The position numbers and the translations under genes are program-made. From an uncultured Candidatus Rokubacteria bacterium (lineage in GTDB: Bacteria; Methylomirabilota; Methylomirabilia; Rokubacteriales; DASRDR01), in the NCBI GenBank assembly GCA_963812945.1, contig CAWEXD010000008.1, positions 945,107 through 1,009,106 of the forward strand: a stretch of DNA of 64,000 bases. The letters run 5' to 3'. Of the stretch, positions 36,016 to 45,973 are shown in pieces (the stretch's first letter is position 1; every line of letters starts with the position of its first letter). Under the pieces are notes generated by a model, which saw only the letters and a program-made list of their open reading frames with translations, searched no databases and was not told where the DNA came from.

Positions 36016-37722
36016 CTAGTCCACCACCGGCAGGAGGATCCGCGATGGCCGCGTCGCGTCGTGGAAGACCGTGTTGAGCGCGACCTGGCCGGCCGCCTCC
36101 ATGGCGACCGGCCCGCCGGTGTTCAGGTTCCGGTCGAAGCGCGGGAAGCTCGACGATGTCACGGCGACGCGGATCCGGTGCCCCTTCCGGAACGTGTTGG
36201 CCGTCGCCCAGAGGTCGACCGTCAGCTCGTAGACCTGTCCGGGCCGGAGCGGCGCCGGGTGGCTCGCCGAATCGCGGTAGCGAGCGCGCAGGATGCCGTC
36301 GCAGAGGAGCCGCGAGAAGCCGTCCGGATGGACGTCCGTCAGCCGGACGACGAAGTCGGTGTCCGGGGCCGTCGACATGGCGTGGAGCACGCAGCGCACG
36401 TCGCCGATCACGGTCACGTCCCGCTCGAGGGTGGGGCTCGTGTAGGTGAGGCAGCGCCCCTCGATCGGGCGCTGATCGAAGGCGCCCCCCGGGATGTTGA
36501 GCGTCGCCCCGCCCAGGGTCGGCACGGGATCCTCGGGGTCGTACCGGTGCTCGTCGGCCGCCTCGGCGCCCGCCGGCGCTTCGCGCGTCAGGCGGCCGCC
36601 CTCGCGGAGGTGCCACGCGGTCTCGCGCGCCCCCGGCCACGGGTAAGCGTCGGCGGTGCGCCAGCGGTTCTCGCCCATCACGAAGAGCTGGACGCGCGGC
36701 TCGTCGGGGACGCCATTCCGGGTGCCGCGAAGCCAGTGATCGAACCAGGGCACCCGGATCGCGTTGTAGTCGCGGATCGCCTCCGGCCCGAAGTCCACCT
36801 CGCCCTGCGCGCTCTTCGCCATGTTCCAGGGCCCGTGGATCCACGGCCCGATGACGAGGCGCTGGGCGTCCCGCGCCGCCTGGGTGCGCGCCTTCGCGCG
36901 GGTGCCGACGAAGTTCTTGATCGTCCCCGCGAGGAAGATGTCGAACCAGCCGCCCATGTGGACGATGGGCGTCTCGATCTCGCCGTGCTGGTGGCCGATG
37001 TTCCAGCGCCACCAGAAGGGGCCGTCCTCGGGGTGGGCCAGGAAGTCGTTGTACCAGTCGTCGAGGCCCTCGACGAGCGGGTTCGGGGCGAGCGGCAGCG
37101 CCCGGTGCCAGGTCGGGAGCTCCTCGAGCGCCTTCGCGAGCACGCCCTTCCGCTGCGCGAGCTCCTCGGGGCTCCGGGCCAGGCGCGCGAGGTTGTTGTG
37201 AGTCCACCGGACGGTCCACTCCACCATGAAGCCCAGCTCGAAGGCGCCCCCGTGGTAGACCCACTCCGCCCAGTAGTCGGCGGAGGACTCCCGCACGTAC
37301 ATGGCGCGGAGATGCGGCGGCCGCGTCGGCGCCATGCGGTACTGCGTCACCCCGGCGTACGAGCCGCCGATCGTGCCGACGTTGCCGTCGCACCAGGGCT
37401 GGGCGGCGATCCACTCGACCGTGTCGTAGCCGTCGCGGTTCTCCCCCCAGCCGTCGTCGTGGAAGGGGATGAAGCGCCCCTCCGAGGCGAAGCGCCCCCG
37501 GACGTCCTGGATCACCACGGCGTAGCCCTGCGACGCGAAGAACGGCGGCGAGCCCACCTGGCACTCGGGGGAGTTGTCCTTGCTGTAGGGCGTCCGCTCG
37601 AGGAGCGCGGGGAAGGGGCCCTTGCCCTTCGGCATGTAGACGTCGGCGCGGAGCACCGTCCCGTCGCGCATGGGCTGGGGCACGTCACGGAGAACGGTGA
37701 ACTCGGAGTTCCGGCTGGTCAT
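36016..37722 (-). CDS. CocE/NonD family hydrolase (S15 X-Pro dipeptidyl-peptidase family)
   Basis: 568-aa ORF; nucleophile motif GGSYAG; family-typical length. Confidence 0.8.
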   Translation of the reverse strand: MTSRNSEFTVLRDVPQPMRDGTVLRADVYMPKGKGPFPALLERTPYSKDNSPECQVGSPPFFASQGYAVVIQDVRGRFASEGRFIPFHDDGWGENRDGYDTVEWIAAQPWCDGNVGTIGGSYAGVTQYRMAPTRPPHLRAMYVRESSADYWAEWVYHGGAFELGFMVEWTVRWTHNNLARLARSPEELAQRKGVLAKALEELPTWHRALPLAPNPLVEGLDDWYNDFLAHPEDGPFWWRWNIGHQHGEIETPIVHMGGWFDIFLAGTIKNFVGTRAKARTQAARDAQRLVIGPWIHGPWNMAKSAQGEVDFGPEAIRDYNAIRVPWFDHWLRGTRNGVPDEPRVQLFVMGENRWRTADAYPWPGARETAWHLREGGRLTREAPAGAEAADEHRYDPEDPVPTLGGATLNIPGGAFDQRPIEGRCLTYTSPTLERDVTVIGDVRCVLHAMSTAPDTDFVVRLTDVHPDGFSRLLCDGILRARYRDSASHPAPLRPGQVYELTVDLWATANTFRKGHRIRVAVTSSSFPRFDRNLNTGGPVAMEAAGQVALNTVFHDATRPSRILLPVVD

Positions 37723-37833
37723 GTGAGGCTCCTGGAGGCGACCCCGGGCGCGAGCGACGTCCGGCGCGCCGCGTGCGCGTGGGTGGCGGTGATCTCGATC
37801 AACTCGAACCTCAAAGAGTGAGCCATAAATACG

Positions 37834-38637
37834 CTATTCACCGAGCATTCTGAGCCATCCGTCGGCGACGCTCCATTCCTCGATGAGCTGCGGCGGGAGC
37901 TCGCCCGCGTGGTCGCGCACGATGGCGCCCACCAAGTCCGCGCGTACCATGAGCTGCCTCGCGACCGGGACGACCTCTGGCTTCCTGCCCGACTTGACCC
38001 GGGCCAGATCGCCGAGGCCGGTCGAGAATCCGGCCAGCTCGCCGTCCAGCGCCTTCGTCCAGGGCGCCTCGGTCCGACGCGCCGCCGAGCCCCGCCACGA
38101 CCTCACCACCGTCTCGAACCGCTTCTGGACCTGCTCGATCTTGAACGAGGCGTCGTAGTCGTCATCCGGGGGTTTCGCCGGCGACAGCGTGCGCGTGGGC
38201 GTGGCTTCCTTGGCGTAGACGGATGCGGCGGGCTTGCCCCGGTACTCGGCCAGGAGCGTGTTGAGCGTATCGGTTAGCGGGCGCCAGCTCTCCTGGACGG
38301 GCCTGCTCGTCCGCCCGGCCAGCTGCTGGATGATCGACGACCCGGCGACGCGCGCCTTCTCGAGCTCGGTCGTGAATTGCCCGCGTTGCGTTTGGAGGTC
38401 CTGCGCCATCGCGTTCGCGGCGTTGGCCAGCTCGCCGATCTGGAAGTCCACGGGGCCGTAGCCGCCCTTTCGCTGGGGCTCCCAGGTGGCCTTGAAGTTC
38501 GCGATGTCCTGCTGGAGACGCCGGACCAGCGTGGACGGCCGCACGTCCCCGATGGGGTCGTACTGGAGTTCGAGCATGTCGGCGCAGCCGGCGGCGAGCC
38601 AGAGCACGGGCACCAGCAACGCGGCGCGTCGTCTCAC
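37834..38637 (-). CDS. hypothetical lipoprotein
   Basis: 267-aa ORF; signal peptide with lipobox-like LAAGC; no family recognised. Confidence 0.5.
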   Translation of the reverse strand: MRRRAALLVPVLWLAAGCADMLELQYDPIGDVRPSTLVRRLQQDIANFKATWEPQRKGGYGPVDFQIGELANAANAMAQDLQTQRGQFTTELEKARVAGSSIIQQLAGRTSRPVQESWRPLTDTLNTLLAEYRGKPAASVYAKEATPTRTLSPAKPPDDDYDASFKIEQVQKRFETVVRSWRGSAARRTEAPWTKALDGELAGFSTGLGDLARVKSGRKPEVVPVARQLMVRADLVGAIVRDHAGELPPQLIEEWSVADGWLRMLGE

Positions 38638-38654
38638 GGTCGCTCCGCTCGGCC

Positions 38655-39656
38655 CTACTCGGCGCCGGGTGTGATGGCGGTCTTGAGCCCGCGTCCGGCC
38701 GCCGCGTGCGCGAAGGCTTCGGCGATGCGGGCGAGGGGATACCGGTCGGTCACCAGGCTGCCGGCGCCGATCCGGGTCAGGAGCGGGAGCACGCGGCGGA
38801 AGGCCGTGCCGCGGCCGTAGGCGCCGGTGAGGGTCAGCTCGCGGAAGTGGAAGTCGAAGAGGTCGACGGGCAGCGTGCTCCCCTTCGGGCAGACGCCCAC
38901 GAGCTGCACGACCCCGCGCGGGCGCACGAGCCGCGCGGCCGACGCCAGGAGCTCAGGCTTCCCGACCGCCTCGCAGGCGAGATCGACACCGCGGCCGGAT
39001 GTCGCGCGGTCCACCACCCGGGCGAGGTCCTCGGAGGTCGGATCCACCGTGAGATCGGCGCCGAGGCGCCCGGCGGCCTCGCGGCGGCTCGCCACCGGAT
39101 CCGAGAGGATCGCCGTTCTCGCCCCGCGGGCCTTCGCGAGCGCCAGGGTGAGGAGCCCCATGATGCCGCCCCCGATCACGACCACCATGGCTCCGCGGCG
39201 CATCCGGGCCATCAGGAGACCCTCGAGGCAGCACGCTGCCGGTTCCGCGAGGGCCGCCGTCGCGAGGTCGAGCCCCTCCGGGAGGGCGTGCACGCAGTGC
39301 CGGGGGAGCACGACCCGCTCCGCGAAGCCGCCGACGCGCACGGCCTGCACGCACTGGCTCACGCGGCCCTCGAGACAGGCGCCGCACGCGCCGCACCCGT
39401 AGTTCGGCTCGCAGGCGACCGCGCGCCCGACGAGGCTCCGGCTCACGCCACGGCCGACCGCCAGGACCGTGCCGCTGTACTCGTGCCCCATCACCCGAGG
39501 CGGCGTCAGCGGGAACAGCCCCTGCGTGGCGTGAACATCACTGCCGCAGATGCCCGCCGTGTGAACGGCCAGGAGGACCTGACCCGGGCCCGGGGCGGGC
39601 TCGGGCACGTCGTCGACGGTGAAGCGTGACTCTCCGTGCCAGGTCGCGGCGCGCAT
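38655..39656 (-). CDS. zinc-dependent alcohol dehydrogenase family protein
   Basis: ORF 38655-39827; ATG at 39654-39656; motifs GICGSDVH, GHEYSG, Cys cluster CEPNYGCGACGAC, VIGGGIMG. Confidence 0.75.
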   Translation of the reverse strand: MRAATWHGESRFTVDDVPEPAPGPGQVLLAVHTAGICGSDVHATQGLFPLTPPRVMGHEYSGTVLAVGRGVSRSLVGRAVACEPNYGCGACGACLEGRVSQCVQAVRVGGFAERVVLPRHCVHALPEGLDLATAALAEPAACCLEGLLMARMRRGAMVVVIGGGIMGLLTLALAKARGARTAILSDPVASRREAAGRLGADLTVDPTSEDLARVVDRATSGRGVDLACEAVGKPELLASAARLVRPRGVVQLVGVCPKGSTLPVDLFDFHFRELTLTGAYGRGTAFRRVLPLLTRIGAGSLVTDRYPLARIAEAFAHAAAGRGLKTAITPGAE

Positions 39657-39672
39657 GCCCGGTCTCCCGATT

Positions 39673-40488
39673 CTAGGCGACCCGCTTTCGGGCCACGACG
39701 AAGATCCGACGACTGTGGGCAAGGTAGTCAGTGCCGTCGGTGAGGCCGAGGGTCGCCTTGGCCTCGAACAGTAGCTTCTGGGCGCCCTCGCCCCCCATCT
39801 CCTCGACGAGCGCTGGCTCCGCGGCAACTACCCGCTCGTAGAAGGCGCGTCGCTTGTCCTCAGCCTCTGTCTGGATCTCGTAGACCTCCACCTCGAAACC
39901 GGCCTGCCCCAGCAGCGGTCGGTGATCGCTGAGCGGCGGCGGATAGCCGGGCGGCGAGAGGTCGCGATCCCAGTTGGTGAAGGCGAACCGAGCACCGGGC
40001 TTCAGGATCCGCGCGGCCTCGCGAAGCGCGCCCCCTCTGTCCGTCACCGCCCAGAGCGTGTCCACGCTCATGGCGCCGTCGCAGGTCGCCTCCGACAGGC
40101 CGGTCGAGACGATGTCGGCAGTCCGGAAACGGGCGCGGTCGGCAAGGCCGAGCTCCTGAGCGCGCTCGCGGGCCCGGGTGATCCCGATGTCGGACAGGTC
40201 GATCCCCACCAAGGCTGCGCCGGTCTCCCGCGCGACCCAGAGGCCGGGCCCGCCCTGGCCACAGCCCAGGTCGGCAAGCGTGTCTGCCGGTCCGATACGG
40301 AGCTCTCGGGTGATGCGCCGCAGCTCGGTCCACGTCAGGTAGCTGCGCGGGTCGACTTCGGCCGGATACTCGTCTCCGTAGACCTCACGTCGGATCCTCG
40401 CGCGCGTGGGGCTTTCGACGTGGGACGACCACTTCGCGGCATAGGTGTCGCTCGCGGTCTGGCTGTGCTCGTGCTGGTCACGGCTCAT
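39673..40488 (-). CDS. class I SAM-dependent methyltransferase
   Basis: 271-aa ORF; SAM-binding motif LADLGCGQGGPG; LKPGARFAF. Confidence 0.65.
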   Translation of the reverse strand: MSRDQHEHSQTASDTYAAKWSSHVESPTRARIRREVYGDEYPAEVDPRSYLTWTELRRITRELRIGPADTLADLGCGQGGPGLWVARETGAALVGIDLSDIGITRARERAQELGLADRARFRTADIVSTGLSEATCDGAMSVDTLWAVTDRGGALREAARILKPGARFAFTNWDRDLSPPGYPPPLSDHRPLLGQAGFEVEVYEIQTEAEDKRRAFYERVVAAEPALVEEMGGEGAQKLLFEAKATLGLTDGTDYLAHSRRIFVVARKRVA

Positions 40489-40512
40489 GCCCGGATCTCC
40501 GAGGTCGGCATC

Positions 40513-41277
40513 CTACGCGCGCAGGACCTGGAGGAAGCTCCGCGCCGCGTTCACGATGAGCGGTCCCGTGACGATCAGGAGCGCCTGGTAGCCCTCGGCC
40601 AGGAGGCGCCGACCGTCCTCGTGGTCGAGGGCGACGATCATGGCGGGCTTGCCGGCCGCGCGGGCGGCGGCGTGGATCCGGGTCACCTCCGTCTGGACGC
40701 GGGGGTCCTTCCAGCCGCCCGGGATGCCCATGGACAGGGAGAGATCGCCGGGACCGATCACGACCACGTCGAGGTCGGGGACCCTGACGGCGGCGTCGAG
40801 CTCGCCGAGCACGGTGTGGTTCTCGAAGATCGCGCAGCAGAGGATCTCCTCGTCCGCCTGCCGGTAGTACGCGGCGCCCGCCTGCGGCACCCCGTAGAAG
40901 GCGGCGCGGGACATCGCCATGGCGCCCCGGACGCCGCGGGTCGGGTACCGCGTCGCCTTTGCGGCGGCCTCCACCTCGGCCCGGCTCGTCACGTCGGGGA
41001 CGATGACGCCGCCGGCGCCCTGGTCGAGGTACGCGAGGATCTCCGCCGGATCGTTCTTCCGCACGCGCACCAGCGGGGTCATACCCGTCAGCTCGGCCGC
41101 GCGGATCAGCTCGCGCGCGGTCTCGACGCCGAGGCCCCCGTGCTGGCCGTCGATGAAGACGAAGTCGTAGCCGAGATGACCGAAGGTCTCCACCAGCTCC
41201 GGGCTGTTGATCGTGATCAGGGCGCCGACCACGCGCTGGCCGGCCCGCAGCTTCGCCTTGAGGCTGTTTGGACGCAC
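40513..41277 (-). CDS. HpcH/HpaI family aldolase
   Basis: 254-aa ORF; FVFIDGQHGG, LVRV, RYPTRGVRG; paralog of 5073-5870. Confidence 0.75.
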   Translation of the reverse strand: MRPNSLKAKLRAGQRVVGALITINSPELVETFGHLGYDFVFIDGQHGGLGVETARELIRAAELTGMTPLVRVRKNDPAEILAYLDQGAGGVIVPDVTSRAEVEAAAKATRYPTRGVRGAMAMSRAAFYGVPQAGAAYYRQADEEILCCAIFENHTVLGELDAAVRVPDLDVVVIGPGDLSLSMGIPGGWKDPRVQTEVTRIHAAARAAGKPAMIVALDHEDGRRLLAEGYQALLIVTGPLIVNAARSFLQVLRA

Positions 41278-41309
41278 GGGGCCTCCCTCAGATGGTGTCG
41301 GGGCCCGGC

Positions 41310-42191
41310 TCAGGGCCGGGCGTGGTTGGCGATGATGAAGCCCGCGATTGAGTGCCGCGAGGGCCCGGTCGGGAGCTTGTCGCAGTCGAACCAGCGGGCG
41401 TCCTCGAGCTCGTCCTTGTCGATCGCGATCTCGCCGCCCGCGTAGCGGGCGACGAAGCCGATCATGAGCTGGCTCGGGAACGGCCAGTTCTGGCTGCCGA
41501 CGTACTGGATGTCGGTCACGTCGACGCCGACCTCTTCCTTGACCTCGCGCGCGACCGCGCCCTCGAGCGACTCACCGTTGTCGACGAAGCCGGCAACCAG
41601 CGCGTAGCGCCCCGGGGCCCAGCCGGCCTTGCGGGCCAGGAGCACGCGCGAGCCGTCGCGGACGAGCGTGATCACGGCGGGGTGGAGGTGGGGATAGTGC
41701 TCGTAGCGGCAGCGGGCGCACTGCTTGCCCCACTCGCCGGAGATGCGCGCCATCGGTTCACCGCAGCGCGGGCAGTGGCCGCTGGTCGACTCCCACCAGA
41801 GGAGCTGCATCGCCATCCCGCCCAGCGAGAGGAGCTCGTCCGGGAGCCGCGTGCCCTGCATCGGCACCAGGGTCTCGCGGGTGAGCGTCGAGGGGACGGG
41901 CGCGCTCTTGGCGAGGCCCATCACCCAGCAGGGTGTCTCCCCGAGCGTCCCGAGCCAGATGGGGTCGCCGGCGGCGCCGTCGAGCCCGGCCGGCCGCTCG
42001 CCCTCCGGGAGGCGGAACCGATCCCCTTCAGGGACGACCAGCAGCGCCTGATCCTGGACGAGCAGCCAGTGCCCGCGGGGCTCCGGTGGCGTGGCGCCGG
42101 TCTTGGCCGGGACGAAGGCGTCGCGGAGGCAGTCCCGGTTGAACGGGAGGTACACGGTCAGGGGGGTCGGCCGATGGGTCGCCGGCGCCAT
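41310..42191 (-). CDS. nudC: NAD(+) diphosphatase (NADH pyrophosphatase, Nudix)
   Basis: 293-aa ORF; zinc-ribbon CPRCG...CARC followed by Nudix box GFVDNGESLEGAVAREVKEEVGV. Confidence 0.7.
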   Translation of the reverse strand: MAPATHRPTPLTVYLPFNRDCLRDAFVPAKTGATPPEPRGHWLLVQDQALLVVPEGDRFRLPEGERPAGLDGAAGDPIWLGTLGETPCWVMGLAKSAPVPSTLTRETLVPMQGTRLPDELLSLGGMAMQLLWWESTSGHCPRCGEPMARISGEWGKQCARCRYEHYPHLHPAVITLVRDGSRVLLARKAGWAPGRYALVAGFVDNGESLEGAVAREVKEEVGVDVTDIQYVGSQNWPFPSQLMIGFVARYAGGEIAIDKDELEDARWFDCDKLPTGPSRHSIAGFIIANHARP

Positions 42192-42199
42192 GCGCGGTC

Positions 42200-43291
42200 T
42201 CAGAAGACGATCAGGCCGCGCGCCAGCGCGCCGGCCGCGAGGTCCTTGAACGCCTGGTCGGCCTCGTCGATCGAGTAGCGGCGCGTGATCAGATCGTCGA
42301 GCCGCAGCTTCCCGGCCATGTAGAGCTCCACGAGGCGAGGGAAGTCCTCGCGCGTCCGGGCGCCACCGTAGCTCGAGCCGCGGATCACGCGCTCCTGGCT
42401 CACGACCGGCCGGACGTCGAGCGGCACCGTGGCGCCCGTCGGCGGCACGCCGATCAGGACGGCCGTGCCCCCGGGCGCCAGGGCGTCGATGGCCTGGCCC
42501 ATCGCGCGCACGTCGCCGACCGCCGCGAACGTGTAGTCCGCCCCGCGCCGCGTGATGGCGCGGATGGCCGCCACCGGGTCCTCGCGCGTGGCGTCGACCA
42601 GGTGCGTGGCGCCCATCGCCTGCGCCTGTTCCAGGCGCTCGGCCCGGACGTCCACCGCGACGATCGGATGCGCGGTGACCAGCGCCCCGCCCTGGACCAC
42701 GTTGAGCCCGATGCCCCCCGCGCCGAAGACCGCCATGCTGGCGCCCGGCGGCACCTGGGCCGTGTTGATGACCGCCCCCACCCCCGTCATCACGGAGCAG
42801 CCGATCAGGGCCGCGCGGTCGAGCGGCATGTCGGGCCGGATCGGGATCGCGCTCGACTCCGCCACCACGGTGGCCGACGCGTAGGTGGCCACGTGACCGT
42901 ACTGGTAGACGGGCCGCCCGTGGAGCGACAGCCGGGTGGTGCCGTCGAGGAGCACCCCTCGCCCCGGCTGGCGGTTCTCGCAGAGGTTCGGGCGGCCGAT
43001 GACGCAGTAGTGGCAGCGCCCGCAGGTGGGCGCCCAGGAGAGGACCACGTGGTCGCCCGGCCGGAGATGGCGGACCCCGGGCCCCACGGCGTCGACGATG
43101 CCCGATCCCTCGTCGCCGAGCACGATCGGGAGCGGGATGCCCTGCCAGCTGCCGTCGGCCGCGTGGAGGCAGCTGTGGCAGACGCCGCTCGCCACCATGC
43201 GCACCAGGACCTCGCCTTCGCGCGGGGCCTCCACCTCGAGCTCCTCGACGCGGAGCGGGGCGCGCTGCTCGAACAGGACCGGGGCCTTCAT
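42200..43291 (-). CDS. zinc-dependent alcohol dehydrogenase family protein
   Basis: 363-aa ORF; GVCHSCLH, GDEGSGIV, Cys cluster CGRCHYC, FGAGGIG. Confidence 0.75.
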   Translation of the reverse strand: MKAPVLFEQRAPLRVEELEVEAPREGEVLVRMVASGVCHSCLHAADGSWQGIPLPIVLGDEGSGIVDAVGPGVRHLRPGDHVVLSWAPTCGRCHYCVIGRPNLCENRQPGRGVLLDGTTRLSLHGRPVYQYGHVATYASATVVAESSAIPIRPDMPLDRAALIGCSVMTGVGAVINTAQVPPGASMAVFGAGGIGLNVVQGGALVTAHPIVAVDVRAERLEQAQAMGATHLVDATREDPVAAIRAITRRGADYTFAAVGDVRAMGQAIDALAPGGTAVLIGVPPTGATVPLDVRPVVSQERVIRGSSYGGARTREDFPRLVELYMAGKLRLDDLITRRYSIDEADQAFKDLAAGALARGLIVF

Positions 43292-43310
43292 CGGGCTCCT
43301 TTCGGCCTCG

Positions 43311-44264
43311 TCAGTCCCCGTATCGGATCCGGGGCTCCAGGTAACCGTACAACAGATCGACGGCCAGGTTCACGGCCATGAAGAGACCGGCGACGAACAG
43401 GATGGTGCTCTGCGTGACCGGGTAGTCCCGCTGGTAGATGGACCAGAGGACCAGGCGGCCGACCCCGGGCAGGGTGAAGACCTCCTCCACGACGACCGTC
43501 CCGCCGAGCAGGATGCCGAGCTGGAGCCCCACCACCGTCACCACCGGGATCATCGCGTTCTTCAGCGCATGCTTCAGCACGATGGCCTTGCCGGCCAGGC
43601 CCTTGGCGAGGGCGGTCCGCACGTAGTCGGAGCCGAGCACGTCGAGCATGCAGGAGCGCGTCGTCCGGGCCACGTTCGCGGCGGCCGCCGTGCCGAGGCA
43701 GAGGGCCGGGAGGACCATGATGGTGAGGTTCCGCCTGGGGTCCGTGAAGAGGTCGACCCACATGATCGGCGGCATCCAGCGGAGGTAGAGAGAGAAGAAC
43801 AGGATCAGCATCGTCCCCTGCCAGAAGACGGGCACCGACAGCCCGAGGAGCGTGCCGACCCGCGTGACGTGGTCGAGCGGCCGGTCGCGCCAGACGGCCG
43901 AGAGGATCCCGGCCGTCACCCCCAGGAGGAGCGAGAAGGCGACCGCGAGCACGGTCAGCTCGACGGTGACCGGCAGGCGTTCGAGGATCAGCGAGAGGAC
44001 CGGCTTGCCGGTGCGCCACGAGGTGCCGAGGTCGCCCCGGAGCAGCTGGCCGAGCCAGCGCCCGTACTGGACGTACCAGGGCTGGTCCAGGCCGAAGAAG
44101 CGCTTCAGCTGGTCGACCATCTGCTGGCTCACGACCGCGTCGGCGCCGATCATCTGCTCCACCACGGTGCCCGGGATGAGGTGGAGCATGAGGAAGACGA
44201 GGACGGTCAGCCCGAGCAGGGTGAGCGCCATCGAGTAGAGGCGGACGACGAGGTACCGGCCCAT
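43311..44264 (-). CDS. peptide/nickel-type ABC transporter permease (DppB/OppB-like)
   Basis: 317-aa ORF; polytopic; C-terminal LEPRIRYG. Confidence 0.8.
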   Translation of the reverse strand: MGRYLVVRLYSMALTLLGLTVLVFLMLHLIPGTVVEQMIGADAVVSQQMVDQLKRFFGLDQPWYVQYGRWLGQLLRGDLGTSWRTGKPVLSLILERLPVTVELTVLAVAFSLLLGVTAGILSAVWRDRPLDHVTRVGTLLGLSVPVFWQGTMLILFFSLYLRWMPPIMWVDLFTDPRRNLTIMVLPALCLGTAAAANVARTTRSCMLDVLGSDYVRTALAKGLAGKAIVLKHALKNAMIPVVTVVGLQLGILLGGTVVVEEVFTLPGVGRLVLWSIYQRDYPVTQSTILFVAGLFMAVNLAVDLLYGYLEPRIRYGD

Positions 44265-44360
44265 CAGCGCGTCACAGAGAGGAGGGGCCGGGGCCCCGAC
44301 ACTCGGCCCCCGGACGGGCGAGTGCCGGAGCTCCGGCCCGGGCCTCCCGGCGGGATCTCG

Positions 44361-45947
44361 CTACGCCTTGTCGAGCCAGACCTGCTCGAAGCCGTAGAGC
44401 AGGGTCGTCGGATGCTGCTTCCAGTTCTTCACGGTGCCCTGCGTGAAGTCGATGTGGTCGGCCGAGAAGAGCCAGAGGTGCGGTACGTTCTCGAGGATCA
44501 TGATCTGGGCCCGGTCGTAGATGTCCTTTCGCTTCTTCACGTCGAATGTCCGGCGACCTTCCTCGAGGAGCGTGTCGAGCTCCGGCACGCTCCAGCTGTT
44601 CCAGTTCTGGCCCTTCGTGGAATGCAGCGCCCGGAAGAACGCGACGTCCGGATCGCCGTAGCCGGGCGTCGTGTTCATGGTCATGTCGAAGTCCTTGGCG
44701 AGCCACCGCTTGATCCAGACCGCGTACTCGACGTTCTCGATCTCGGCGTTGATACCGATGCGCTTGAGGTTCGCGGCGACGACGGGCGCGCCGTTGACCA
44801 TGGTCGGGAAGGTGGGGATGACCCCGAGCTTCACGGTGAAGCCGTTGGCCTGGCCGGCGTCGGCCATGAGCTTCTTCGCCTTGTCGACGTCGGGCTTGTA
44901 GTACTTCATCCACTGCTCCTCGGGGAGCAGCCACTGCTTCATCGGCGCGGTGCAGGGGGCCGTGAGGCGGCCGAAGCCGGCGGCGGCCACCTTGAGGACC
45001 GCGGCGCGGTCGACGGCGTAGCTGATCGCCTGGCGCACGCGGACGTCCTTGAGCGGGCCCCGGCTCGCGTTGATGTTGAGGAAGTCGAAGCCGAGGCGCG
45101 AGGAGCGGTAGCCCGTGAGCGCCTTCTCCTCCTTCAGGAGGGTCCAGTTCTTGTTGTCCTCGATGAAGGCGTGGTGGATCTGGCCGGTCCGGAGCGCGGC
45201 GACCGAGTTCGCCTCGTCCGGGATCGTGCGTATGACCACCTCGTCGACGTGGGGCAGGCCCTTCTTGAAGTAGTTCGGGTTCTTCTTGAACACCATCTGC
45301 TGCTCGACCTTCCAGTCGGCCAGCATGAACGGGCCGGTCCCCATCGTCGTCTTGTTCAGGTCGCCGCCGCCCTTGGCGACGCCCGCCTCGCTGATGATGA
45401 AGGCGTAGAACCCGGCGAGGGCGGGGATGAGGGACGCGAACGGCTCCTTCGTGTGGAACTTGACCTCGTGCTTTCCGGACGGCTCGACCTTGTCGACGGC
45501 GATGAAGTCGGCCTTCCCCGCCGCGGACTTCTCGAGCAGCCGGTCGAACGTGAACTTCACGTCGGCGGAGGTGAGCTCCTGGCCGTCATGCCACTTGACG
45601 CCCTGTCGGAGCTTGAACGTCCAGGTGAGCCCGTTGGCGCTCACCGCCCAGGACTCGGCCAGCTCCGGCTGCGGCGTCATGGCCTCGTCGAAGCGGACGA
45701 GCTGGTTGTACGTGAGCGGGGAGCGCCGGCTCCGAGAGAACGCGGGGACCAGCTGGGGATCGAGCCCGGTCGCCTCGTTGTTCTGGGCCGAGATGATGGT
45801 CCCGCCGTCCTTCGGGGCCTGGGCGGACGCGGACCGGCCGAGGGCCAGCGTGCCCAGGACGGCGCCGCCGGCCTTCAGGACGTCGCGGCGGCTGGGCGCG
45901 CCAGCGCGGGTGGCGTCGTGGTCGAGCTGTCGGTCACGCATGCTCAT
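44361..45947 (-). CDS. peptide/nickel ABC transporter substrate-binding protein (family 5 SBP), Tat-exported
   Basis: ORF 44361-46637; ATG at 45945-45947 preceded by AGGAGG; twin-arginine motif [14 protein letters not shown]. Confidence 0.8.
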   Translation of the reverse strand: MSMRDRQLDHDATRAGAPSRRDVLKAGGAVLGTLALGRSASAQAPKDGGTIISAQNNEATGLDPQLVPAFSRSRRSPLTYNQLVRFDEAMTPQPELAESWAVSANGLTWTFKLRQGVKWHDGQELTSADVKFTFDRLLEKSAAGKADFIAVDKVEPSGKHEVKFHTKEPFASLIPALAGFYAFIISEAGVAKGGGDLNKTTMGTGPFMLADWKVEQQMVFKKNPNYFKKGLPHVDEVVIRTIPDEANSVAALRTGQIHHAFIEDNKNWTLLKEEKALTGYRSSRLGFDFLNINASRGPLKDVRVRQAISYAVDRAAVLKVAAAGFGRLTAPCTAPMKQWLLPEEQWMKYYKPDVDKAKKLMADAGQANGFTVKLGVIPTFPTMVNGAPVVAANLKRIGINAEIENVEYAVWIKRWLAKDFDMTMNTTPGYGDPDVAFFRALHSTKGQNWNSWSVPELDTLLEEGRRTFDVKKRKDIYDRAQIMILENVPHLWLFSADHIDFTQGTVKNWKQHPTTLLYGFEQVWLDKA

Positions 45948-45973
45948 GGGATCCTCCTGAACGCGAGGGTTGG

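Noticed and set aside
35960-37564. Upstream portion of the 688-aa minus-strand ORF 35498-37564
   Set aside because: Overlaps the CocE/NonD hydrolase gene (36016-37722) in another frame; only the terminal GNAT-like segment 35498-35959 was kept, with a non-ATG start.
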